This document shows positions 10,923-22,700 of a stretch of DNA of 64,000 bases, in pieces. The position numbers and the translations under genes were made by a program. Within the stretch, counting starts at the first letter, position 1. Each line of letters begins with the position of its first letter. Origin of the DNA: a virus; IMG/VR virus record IMGVR_UViG_3300046820_001014, positions 1-64,000 of that record. One strand, written 5' to 3'. The notes beneath the pieces are model-generated. The model had not been told where the DNA came from. It ran no database searches and saw only the letters and a list, made by a program, of their open reading frames with translations.

Positions 10923-12196
10923 TGAAATATGTATCTGGTGCTAAAAGCGTAAAACAATATAGAGGGGATGAGAATCTTCCAGAAGCTAAAAATGGTATGA
11001 AGAACTGTGGATGTAAACACCCTAAAAGTAAATATAGATATGGTACTAGAGCAGTAGTAATTCCAGAAGGTTCTGCTATTGTTACTGCTAAAAATGGACT
11101 TGGTAGAATAGCTGAAAAACTTTGGGAAGAAGATAAACATGAAGAAGTAGAAAAAATTATTAAAGAGATGCCTGAAGATAAACCTACAGGTAAAAAGTAT
11201 AGATATAAAAATGATGATGGGAATAAGAAATTAAAAAGTTCCTCTGCTCTTGGTTATGTTCCGGCAGGGCAACATAAAGAAAAATATTATGGAAAAGTTG
11301 CAGATGCTGATTTTGATAAATTAAGAGCAAATAATCCTTGGTATGATTGGTCAAATTTTGATCCTTCTAGAAAAGGAGATGTTGAAAAATTTCAATCAGC
11401 TTTTAATAAACTTTCAGAAAGTTTAGGTAGTAAAGCAAAATTAGAAGTTGATGATAAACTAGGAGAACAAACAGCAACTGCTAAAGTAGATTACATGGGC
11501 AATGCTCCTGAGGAAAAAGAAGAGGAAAAAGAAGAAGAAGTTGTTGATGATAAAAAGAAACCTGAATTTAAAATGAAGAAAGGTTTTGATATTCCATCTC
11601 TTGCTGAGGCAAGTGCTAAAGCTTCTTTACTTAGTCAAGGAGTAGAAGGTGTTCCTGAGAATTATCTTAATTTAAAAACTCCTACTTATGTTTCTCAACT
11701 AGATAGAACTTTAAGAGAAAATGCTGTAGCTGCTAATGCTGCTAAAGAAACTATAAGAGATGCATCAGCTGGTAATGCTGGTAGTTTTCTTTCTAATGTA
11801 GCTAATGTTACAGGACAAAGATTTAATGCTAATGCTGCTGCTGTTGGTGATGATACTGTTGCTAGAAATGCTAATATGAATATTGGAGTTGGTATTAAAA
11901 ATACTGAAGCAGAATTTAATACAGGTCTTAAGAATCAATATGCTCAACAAAGATCAGCTAATAGAGGAGCATATAATAATATGTTAGTATCTTTAGGGCA
12001 AAGTGTAGACACTGCTGCTGATGCTTCTAAGTTAATGTCTAATCAAAAAGGAGCTGATAATCAAAGACTTGCTATATTAAAGAGTATGGCAGAAAGTGGT
12101 AATTATGATATTACAACTAATCCTGATGGTACTATGGGCTTCTCAGTTAAAAAAGCCAAAGGAGCTAAAAGATTAAAAACATATAAAAGAAAATAA
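10922..12196 (+). CDS. Cargo/ejection protein
   Basis: Ala/Asn/Gln-rich helical C-terminal half with basic termini; coupled to the upstream gene (TAATG). Confidence 0.55.
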   Translation: MKYVSGAKSVKQYRGDENLPEAKNGMKNCGCKHPKSKYRYGTRAVVIPEGSAIVTAKNGLGRIAEKLWEEDKHEEVEKIIKEMPEDKPTGKKYRYKNDDGNKKLKSSSALGYVPAGQHKEKYYGKVADADFDKLRANNPWYDWSNFDPSRKGDVEKFQSAFNKLSESLGSKAKLEVDDKLGEQTATAKVDYMGNAPEEKEEEKEEEVVDDKKKPEFKMKKGFDIPSLAEASAKASLLSQGVEGVPENYLNLKTPTYVSQLDRTLRENAVAANAAKETIRDASAGNAGSFLSNVANVTGQRFNANAAAVGDDTVARNANMNIGVGIKNTEAEFNTGLKNQYAQQRSANRGAYNNMLVSLGQSVDTAADASKLMSNQKGADNQRLAILKSMAESGNYDITTNPDGTMGFSVKKAKGAKRLKTYKRK

Positions 12197-12199
12197 GAC

Positions 12200-13783
12200 A
12201 TGGGAGTTAATGCATATACAACTAATCTTGGAGTAAGAGAAAGACAAAGTACTTATGTACCTCTACCTTTTGAAGAGATGTACAATGGTTTGCAACAAAA
12301 ACAAGCTATGTATGATAAAGTTGAGGAGTATGAGAGAGAACAGAAGAAAGCTGTTTCTGCTTTATCTTCACCTTTTGCTGCACATAATAACTACTTAACT
12401 TCTTATAAAGATAAGTTTTTAAAAGATGCTATGGCTCTTCATAGTAGTATGCCTGATAAAGGATCTGCAAACTATAGAAGAAAATTAACTGAGTTAGTTG
12501 ATGGTTATGCTGCAGATCCAAAATTGATTACTATAAACAAATCTAATGCTGCTTGGTTAGAAAGAGTAAAAACTGTTACTAAACAAATGTCTGATGGTAA
12601 ATACTCTAAAGCAGCAGATATTCCTTACCTATCATTTACTGGAGAAAATCCTGATGGTACTCTTCAAGAATTTGTTTATGCAGGTAATAGAGAAAAAAAA
12701 GATTGGCAAAAAATGATTAAGGAAACTATTGAGAAGGTTCCTACTCAAAAGTTTAGTAGAGATATTACAGATAAAAATACTGGAGAAAGAAGAAAAATTT
12801 CTACTGAGAGTAAAAGTGCTAGTGCTATTGCTAATAGTCTTTCTACTGTATTAGAAATGGATAGAGAAGCTTTACAAGATATGCAAGTAGAGTTAGGTAT
12901 TACTGATCCTAAAGAATTTAGTAAGTATATTAATGCACTTGCTAAAAACAATGCTCAATATAACTCTGAACAAGTTCTTGGTTATGAGGGGTCTCTTGTT
13001 AAGAGAGCTGATGAGACTGCTGAAAAGAATGCTATGGGAGGAAAAGATTTACTTGGAACTTATGGTAATCCTAATTACAATGCTGATGAGGTAGGTAGTT
13101 TGATTTCTGAAGATGGTAAAATTACAGCTTCTAGAAGTCTTCTTAGTGCTGGCTTATCTATGATTAATCCATTTGATAATGTTAATCCTGTACAAGAAAA
13201 TAGAAAACTATTAAATGAGAAGTATGGTTTGGATAAAGTAATTCAAAACTATAAAGGTCTTGGATATAGTGATGCACAAGCTGAGAAACAAGCTTTGCTC
13301 TCTATTAGAACTAGAGGTTCCTCAATGAATCTTGTAGGAACAAGAATTGCTGATGAGAAAACTAGAACTAATGTTGAGAATAATATTATTGCAGCTTGGA
13401 ATAACTATGGAGTTTATGATGAGAACTCACAACTTTTAGATAGAGAACAAAAAGATGAGTTGTATGCAAAATTAATGGAACAAAAAGGTTTTAATATGCC
13501 ATTTGTTTCTCATAAATTAGCACCTAATTCAATGTTCCCAGAAGGATATAATATTACCTTCAATGATGGGAAATCTTATAAAATTGGTATGCAAAACTTA
13601 GATCCTCTTGCTAAACAAAATCATGAACTTTATAAAGCAGGAGCTAATAGAGAACCAGTTAGATTTGATAATTACTTAAAAGAAGTTAATGGTAAATTAG
13701 TTGATGCTGGTCCTCATACAGTTTACACAGACATTGATGCAAATGGACAATTTGTAGTTACAGAAGTACCTGAGAAAGAATAA
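12200..13783 (+). CDS. Cargo protein preceding the virion RNAP
   Basis: 'YVPLPFEEM' N-terminal motif typical of crAss cargo proteins; synteny. Confidence 0.55.
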   Translation: MGVNAYTTNLGVRERQSTYVPLPFEEMYNGLQQKQAMYDKVEEYEREQKKAVSALSSPFAAHNNYLTSYKDKFLKDAMALHSSMPDKGSANYRRKLTELVDGYAADPKLITINKSNAAWLERVKTVTKQMSDGKYSKAADIPYLSFTGENPDGTLQEFVYAGNREKKDWQKMIKETIEKVPTQKFSRDITDKNTGERRKISTESKSASAIANSLSTVLEMDREALQDMQVELGITDPKEFSKYINALAKNNAQYNSEQVLGYEGSLVKRADETAEKNAMGGKDLLGTYGNPNYNADEVGSLISEDGKITASRSLLSAGLSMINPFDNVNPVQENRKLLNEKYGLDKVIQNYKGLGYSDAQAEKQALLSIRTRGSSMNLVGTRIADEKTRTNVENNIIAAWNNYGVYDENSQLLDREQKDELYAKLMEQKGFNMPFVSHKLAPNSMFPEGYNITFNDGKSYKIGMQNLDPLAKQNHELYKAGANREPVRFDNYLKEVNGKLVDAGPHTVYTDIDANGQFVVTEVPEKE

Positions 13784-13784
13784 T

Positions 13785-16700
13785 ATGATAGAAAATAACA
13801 AACCAACAGTAAGTAAAAGAGTTTTAGATTTTTCACCTGCATCCTTTAATACAGGAATGGAAGGGTCTCAATATAAAAGAGACCTTTCTCCTTTTGAGAA
13901 GTCACAAGATGTACTAGCTAGTTCTCAAGGATTTTGGGATGCTAGTGGTAACTTTCTTGCTAACATTGTAGGTAGCACAGCTATTAATACTGCAGGACTT
14001 GGTGCAAGTTTATATGGTGTAGGTAAAGCTATTGGTACTGGAGAATTTAAAAATATATGGGATAATGAATTATCTCAAGGTTTAGATAAAGTACAAAAGG
14101 GTCTTGATGAGATCACTCCTTTCTACAATTCTGAAAAAGAAGATAAAGCAGGACTCTTTAGTACAGACTATCTTACATCTGCTGGATTCTGGGGTAATAC
14201 TGTAGGTAAAGGTGTATCCTTTATTGCAGGTGCATACCTTGGTGGAGCTTCTTTAGCTAAGGGTGGTAGTATGGCTCTTAAAGGTATGTCTAGAGCATCT
14301 AAGAGTTTTGGTAAACTTGTTAATGGTGAAGAAGCTACTAGTGGCTTAATTAATGCTGCTAAACAAGGTAATATTCCTGGATGGATTGAGAGAGCTGGAA
14401 AATCTTCTACAATTAAAAATGCTGCCTCATTTTATGCTCAAAAAATATCTGGCAATATGTTTGAAGCAGGAATGGAAGCTAAGGGAGTTAAGGAAGAAAT
14501 CCTTAGAGGTAAAGAAGAAGAATATGCTAAATTACATCCTAGTGCTCCTGTAGCCCCTGAGTGGTTAAAGAAAGAATGGGATGAGGATTCTAGTACATTT
14601 GGTAATGTAGCTTTTGGACTTAATATGTTACTTCTTCAAATAGATGGTTTAGGACTTAATAAAACCATGTATGGTTATAAGACTACTAAGAGAAGTATTG
14701 AAGCTGCTAAAGATGCTGCAGGTAAGTTTGTAGAACTATCTGCTAAGAGAAAGATGCTTAATAAAGCAGGTAGAATTATTGGTGGTGGACTAGAAGAAGC
14801 TGCACAGGAAGGTGGCCAATTTATTGTAGAAAAAACTTCTACAGAGTTAGGAGTAAATGATAAAGCTAAGAACTTTGCTGATTATGTTAATGCCGGATTT
14901 AAGGGGTTAGAACAAACTCTTGGTACTAAGGAAGGTCAGGAATCTATGCTTGCAGGTTTCCTTCTTGGAGGAGGAGGTAGAGCAGTAGGTGAACTTAAAG
15001 GAGCAACTGAAAGAAACTTACAGAATAAAATAGGTATTGAAGCATTGAATAAGTATATGCTTAAAGATACTATTAAACCTCTTGTAGACTTAGCAGGTAA
15101 AAGTTTTGATGATGGAAGTGGACAAATTCTTGAGAATGCTACTGAAGTTAATGATAAGAAACTTTTCCATGATACTAAGGCTAAAGACTTCTTTAACTGG
15201 GCATCTACTAGAATAGAAATGGGTAGATATGAAGATGCTGTTGATGAACTTACACAACTTAAGAATACTCCTGTAGATGTTCTTGATGGAATTTATCCTA
15301 ATCATAATCTTACAGAAGCTAAGAAACACATGATGTTTGATGGTCTTCTTAATGATATGAAGGACTTAAATAGTATGCAATCTGATGTAGAAATTAACTT
15401 TGGTAATAGTCCTTATAAAAAAAATATCTTAAATACTGCTTACAGAATTAAGAATATTGATAGAAGGATTAAGGAGATGAGTACTAAGGATAAGAGTATG
15501 CTTGATATTTATCATGATGAAGATCTGCAAAACCTTCTTGCTGAGAAGGAAGAACTCTCAAGAGATCTTGCAATCTTAATGATGACTAGACCTAAACCAT
15601 CTAGTAATACTCAGGAAGAAAAAACTGCTGCAGATAATACAGATACTAATAAGGCTCTTGCTCCTACTAATAATACTCCTACAAGTACTCCTGATGATAT
15701 TGTTAGTAAACAAGAAAGAAAAGAAAATAGTGTAGGTACTAAGATTCCTGGAATGGGAGTTATTACTAACATTAATAATAATATTGCTACTATTAAAGAT
15801 GAGAAAGGAAATATTACTCATGAAGAATTAGATAATCTTCCTAATGAGGCTTTTGATGAGAAGATATTTACTCCTGAACCTACTGAGGATGATGAGGAAA
15901 ATAGAATGCTTCCTGATTATAAACATCCTGATACTAAGAAAAAAGATGTATCTTTTGTAGATCCAGAAATTAATACTGAAGACCCTAACTATCAATTCTC
16001 TGGTAAAGAAGAATTTGTACAAGTATCAGATTTTGGTTTAACAAATCTAGATAAAATGGATGGTGGGCTTTCTGAAAGTGATGCTGCATTAGTTCCAGAA
16101 ATTACTGCTCTTAAAGAAGGTATCTTAGATAAACAAGTTGAGTTTGATAATTTAGATTTTAACTACTCACAAGATGATTCTGGTAGAACTTCTGTTACTA
16201 CTGGTACTAAAGGACAAACTACAAAAAATAAAATAGGATATATTCCTAATATTAATACTCAGTTAGCAGGTAATGCTAAAGAAGGTTCTAAGAGAAGTAT
16301 TCTTCAGTTTATGATGGATTACTTTAATAAACTTGCAGGAACCAATAGAAAGAAAAATAAGAACTCCTTTATTCCTGTTATTCAAGGAATAAGATCTCTC
16401 TTAGAGAAAGCAGGTCTTGATATTACTCCTTATATGAGACCTCATTCTAGAATTAGAAGAGGTGTTACTCAACTTAATGAGGTATTACAAAGTCCTAGAT
16501 TCTTAGTACAAGGTAAACTTGCTATGTCTTTCTTTAAAGATGGTATCTATCAACCTGATCCTAGCTTACCTAAAGATCTTCAAGATCTTATTAAAACACA
16601 ACTTCAACTACCTCATAACCAAAATAATCTTGGTACACAATATGTTCTTATGGTTGAAAGGCCAGGACAAAAAGGTGTATATACTTTTATTGGTGTAAAA

Positions 16701-19700
16701 GGTAGAAAACTTTCTGCTGATGAGAAACAAGCTTATGCTACAAGAATTGCTGAAAACCCACAAGGAGTTGTACAACTATTAAATAAAGAACTATTTATTT
16801 CCTCAGAAGGAGATCAGATTCAAGGTAATGATGGTAAGACTTATCCTCTTCACTATGAGTTTGATAGGTATGAAGAAAAGAATGCTAATGGTGAAGTTAC
16901 TAAAGCAGGTAAGCTTTATGTAAAAAGATTTATTAAGGGTACTATTGATAACTCTCCTATTAAAGATAAGAGAAGAAGTACTATCTCTATTCAAGAAGCT
17001 CTTGATAGAGCATCAGTTAGAACTGCTCCTACAGTAGATGAAGCCTTTACTCCAGAGAATCTTGCTAAACTTCAAATAAATACTGATAAACAACTTTTTG
17101 ATTTATACTTTCAATTTGATGCTAAGAAATTTGTTGCTGAACATCCATTAGAATTTAATGAAGGAGATATTATTAACAAAGCTCAACAAGAGTCTGATGA
17201 GAAAAAAGTTTCTGATAATGTAAAGTATTATAATACTATGACTAACAGACTTAAACAACTGGCTGGTCCTTTATATAATAGTATTAAAGAAAAAATAAAA
17301 ACTTTTCAAGAAAATGGAGAGAAGTTTAAATTTGGTAAAGAAACAGCTTTATTATTTCCTAAAGGACAACAAGAAATTTTAGGTAATCTTCTTTATGAAT
17401 TTGAAGAAAACTTTAATCCAGAAACAAATGAGTTTCCTATATATTTTTATGAAGATGATATTACTACTGAGCAACCACCTGTTAATACAGGTACTAAAGC
17501 TGGTTGGGCAAATAATTTATCTAGTATTAAAAATGAACTTAGTAAATTAAAAAATAAAGAAGAAAAACTTCAATGGTTAGCTGACAATAATTATCTTGAT
17601 CCATTTACTCAAGATGGTAAAACTAGTAATTATTTAAGAAATGCTACTGGTAGAGTTATTACTAAAATTAAAATTGGAAATATTACTATTCCATTTTACA
17701 TCTCAACAGGACAAGGTGGAAAAACTGATGTTGAAGTAGATAAATGGTATGTATTTTTTGGACAAGGTAATAATGGATGGTTTAATAAAACATCTGGTCC
17801 AGATATGAATAAGCAATATGGTGTAAAAATATTTCAAGATATTGCTAATATACTTAATGAAGTAGGTAGTAAAAAAGATGAATATAAAGTTCATCAAGAT
17901 AGTAAAGGTTTTATGGATTTAAAATGGACAAATACTGCTGAAGATCAACTTCAAACAGTTATTGATTTTATAACTCCTGTACAACCTACTATTATTAATG
18001 GAGAACTAAGAGCTACACCTGAACAAATTATTCAATTAAAACAAAATATACAAACTGTAAAAGATAGAGTAACTGCAGAACTAACTGCTTTAGAAAACAA
18101 ACAAGTTACTCAACAACCTACTGAAGATAATAAATTAACTGTTAATGTTGCTAAACAAATAGAAACAGCTTTATTAAATAATGTTGATATTGATAATATT
18201 GTAGACAGAGTTAAAGACGCTAAAGAAATAATAGCAGCATTTGATTGGGCATTAAAAAGTTTTCCAGAATCTGTTATTAGTGAATTTGTTAAAGGAAGTA
18301 TTTCAGCAAGAGATCAATTATTATCTCAAGTAAGAAGTTTTATTAAACAAAATGAACAACCTACTCAAGAACCAGAAGTAATTATTGTAGGTAAAGCTAA
18401 GATTATTAAGAATTCTGATGGTACTTATGCTGTTCTTGATGAGAATGATGAAGTAATGTTAGAAGGAGGTACTATTGAAGAAGCTAACCAAGCAGCAAAA
18501 AACATTAATGATTTTGATGAACTTTTTGGTCAAGGTAATACTCAAGGTAAAGATGATTTAGATCCTGATACTAAAGCTAAACTTCTTAAAGAGATTGAAG
18601 AAACAGCTCCTGAGGAGAAAGAAAAGATTCTTAGAGAAGTTGCAGTATTTGAGAATGAGTTAGCTAGAATACTTCCAGGAATTAAGGTTAATATAGACTT
18701 TACTAAAGGACATTCTTATTATAGAAATGCAGTTATTACTCTAACCTCTGGACAAGTTAGTAGAGCTAAGTGGCATGAAGCTTTTCATGCTATCTTTGAT
18801 TGCTTTAGTCCTGAGGAAAAGAATAGAGCTATTAGGATTGCAGCTGAGAACTTTGCTATTAATCCTACAGAACTCTTAATGTACAAAACATTTTATGATG
18901 AGTTATATAATAAAGAGTTAGCCTTATTTCAAAGTAAGCAAACTAGTAAGGAACCTAAGAAACTAACTGAGGAAGAACTTGTTAGAATTATGTATGAGGA
19001 AAAGATTGCTGATCTTTTCCAAGATTACATGGAAAATAGACCTGTAGAAAGAGGATTGTTTCAAAGATTCTTTGATGCTATTGCTAAGTTTATTATGCAT
19101 ATACTTGGTAGAACTGATGAAGCACCATTTACTGCATTATTTGATAGTATTAATAGAGGAGATTTTGCTAATAGAAATCCTAATCTAGGACAAGAAGGTA
19201 TTAAATTAAAATTACCAAACTCTTCTTCTGCACAATCAAGACAACTTGTTGCTAATCTTGGTGTACAAACTATTCAAGAATTAAGAGATTCTCCTAGAAC
19301 AGATGTAGGAATATTTATTAAGGGACAGATTGAGAAGTACAGAACTATGTACTCTAATAATATTAGTGCTAAAATTACTGATTTAAAAAAGAAATTAGTT
19401 AGTGGAAGTATTACTAAAGAACAACTTATAGAACAAGTTAGAATACTAACTAATACTAGACAGATTATAGATATTAATAATCTATATCCTCCTATGCTTG
19501 CTGCAGAAAATGAGACTTTAATTATTGATGCAGTTAAGAAGTTTGGTAACCTTACTGATAAATATGAGGTAGAACTTGAGGAGAATGATGAAGATAATAC
19601 AGAAGCTATTAAGAATCTTTCCTTAATGGAAAGTAATATGGATGAACTTATTGAAGCTCAAGCTGTACAACAGAGAATCTCTTATCTCCACTATCTTGAT

Positions 19701-22700
19701 GAGAGTGGAATGGTTACTGCAGTTGATGGTAAATCTCTTTATGATAACTTAAAGATGAATCTTGAGGGTCTTGAGAATGAGCAATTTATTCCTGTACTTG
19801 AGAAACTAGCTAGTAGTAAAAAAGAAACTCCTTATACTAAGAGTATGAAAGAGTTCTTAAAACTCTTTAAAGCTGATCAAACATTTAGAACCCAATGTTA
19901 CAATGCATTTTCTAATTACTTTGTACCATCATACTCATCTAAGATTGATATTGCAGCTACACTAGTTGATGAAGAAACAGGAAAATCTACTAGAGGATTT
20001 GAGAGTAAAGTTTATGCTAATAATGCTGAGAACTATGTTGAGACTCAAATGGATACTTGGAGAGCACAACTCTTCGGTAAAACTTTAGAAAGGATTGAAA
20101 GTCCAGAAGACTTATTAAAATACATTACCATTCAGGATGAGGTATTTGATAGTCCTGCAGGAATTCCACTTATTGAATCTCTTATTAACTCTATTAATAA
20201 TAAACTAGCTACTAGAACTTCAGTAGATATTATTAACATGATTACTACTGGTAAGGATAATATTACCTTACAAAAACTAGCTGCTGAGAATATTCAATAC
20301 AGAATGGATCTTGGAGACCTTACTTATAAGTTTGGTGGTAAAAACTTCTACTCTATGCTTAAACAAAATTATGTGTTTAAACAACTTAAGAATTCTGAGA
20401 AGTATAAAGGTAAGTGGGGAGTATTTACTGGTGTAAACTTTAGATTAAAAACTGATAGTAAAGCTGAACAAGAACTTTATAAAGAAATAGATCCTGCTAC
20501 ATATTTCTTAACCAACTTACAACTTTATGGTGACCAAGATAAAAATGGAAATAGCTGGTATATTCCACAACAGATGGAAAATAAGAGTACTGTAGTTATT
20601 GTTAAAGGTAAAGGTAAAAGTAAAACTGACTTAAGTCCTGCTATAACTGAAGAGATTACTAGACAGACTGCATTAATTGATAGGTATATTAAAGAACTTA
20701 AATCCGGTAAATCTCTTATTAAAGGATTTCACACTTATGATAAAGTTCCTGCTGAGATTAAAAGTTTAAAAAACTTTGCTAATACTCCTGAATTTATTTC
20801 TTCTCTTATTGAGAAAGGAGTTAAAAGAGAGTTGCTTCCAAGAGCATATCAGTATATAAATATTGTTGGTGCTAATGAAACTCTTTCTACTCAGAAACCT
20901 ACTTATAATGAAAGTCTAACTTTAAATTTTATTAGAGATGAAGTTTTAGATATTAAAGATATTATTACTGAGTTAGGTCTTCCTGATGAAATATTAGCTA
21001 AAACACTTAAGATTGGTAAACAAGAAGACGTTAATAAAACTTTAATAAATTTTGCAATCTCTCAATACTTAAATAGGATGGAGATGCTTGCTGCTATGAA
21101 TCCTGAGTTAACAAAGTATAAAGACTTTGTAGATATTACTAAGAGAGGTGCAGGTCTTCTTCTTGCTGGACCTTCTCATTATAATGCTGATAGACCTGCA
21201 ACTTTTGGAACAGTAGTTCTTAAAGATGTAGAGTATACTATTAATAAAAATACTATGGAGAGAGATTCTCTTGATGGATTAATAGATGAAGAAGAAATAA
21301 AAGAAAAGAAAAAATTACTTAAGGAAATAAAAGCTACTGATGGTCAGAGTATTGAGACTATTGGTAGAAGATTAGATAGACACCTTAGACTTGGTAGAGC
21401 ATCTGAAGATCCTAATAATGATTTTTATAAGAAAGCAGAAATACTACAAGCTTATAAAGATGATGATAGAGCTAAGATTGCTGAATTAGATAGTGGTGAT
21501 ATGGCTCTAATGGTAGATAAGACTGGAGGATTTGATGGAAAGAAATATATTAAAACTTCCATATTTCCTCTTACTAGAAGTTTTACTTCTATGCAAGTAC
21601 CTGCTGGTACTGAAGGGGCTGTAGTAGATACTTATAATGGTAAATCTTATCTTCCTTATCCTCATAGAATTGAATCTTATAACCAGTTTAATAAGTTACA
21701 AGCTCTTGAAGTTGAGGTAACTAATACTAAAAGAGCTAGTGGTGAGATTAAGAAAACAGATAATATATATTTTGAAGCTCATTTTGCTAGTGCTATTAAG
21801 TTAGGACTAACTGATATTAATCCATTAGATGCTGAGAAATATGAGTACTCAGAATATAATAATGCTGATTACAGACTTCAACAGGAGAATCCATCTGGTA
21901 AAGATGAGATTAAAGATGGCACTCAATTAATTCAACTTATTGGTGCATTCCTTCCTGATGATATACAGTTCTCAGGAGACTTTAAAGAATATATAGGACC
22001 TAATGCTAGACAAGAAATTCTTAAAGATATGTCAAGAATGTTGGCAGATCTTAGAGAGTTTGATAGAAGAATGATTCCTAATGCTTTTAAAAAGCTACAA
22101 CTTCTTGGAGAAAAGAATGGAGGTATTTATGTACCATTTATTAAGTATCTACAAGATAGTAAAGAAACTTCTTCTGGTTCTGATAATGATTCTGAGTTTC
22201 TAGCTTCTAAGGATGGAGAGTTTATCTACTCTCAGAATATGCCAAACCTTATTAATGGTTATGAGCAAGCATTTATATCCTACTTTAATAAGAATCTATT
22301 CTCTCAAAAAACTCCAGGAGGTAAGGCAACTCTAGTAGCTGCTACTTATTCTGAGGTTATGGAACTTAATGGTGAAGTAATTAGTACTTGGGAATTTGAG
22401 AATAAACTTACTGCTGAAGAAAGAGCACAAGTAACTACAAGACCTCTTAAGTGTCATAAACCTAGTGGTAATCTTGAAGATACTTATGCTGAGGTTGTTT
22501 TATCTGAGGAATACCTTGAAGATATTCTTGATATTAGTCTTGAGGAGTACCACAACTTAGCTAGTGAGATGAAGGAGAAAGTTAAAACTATTCTAGGTTT
22601 CAGGATTCCTACTCAGTCTCACCATTCTATGATGCCTTGTAAGGTAGTAGATTTTGCACCTAGACATTATGGTTCAATAGTTATTGCTCCTGCAGAAATT

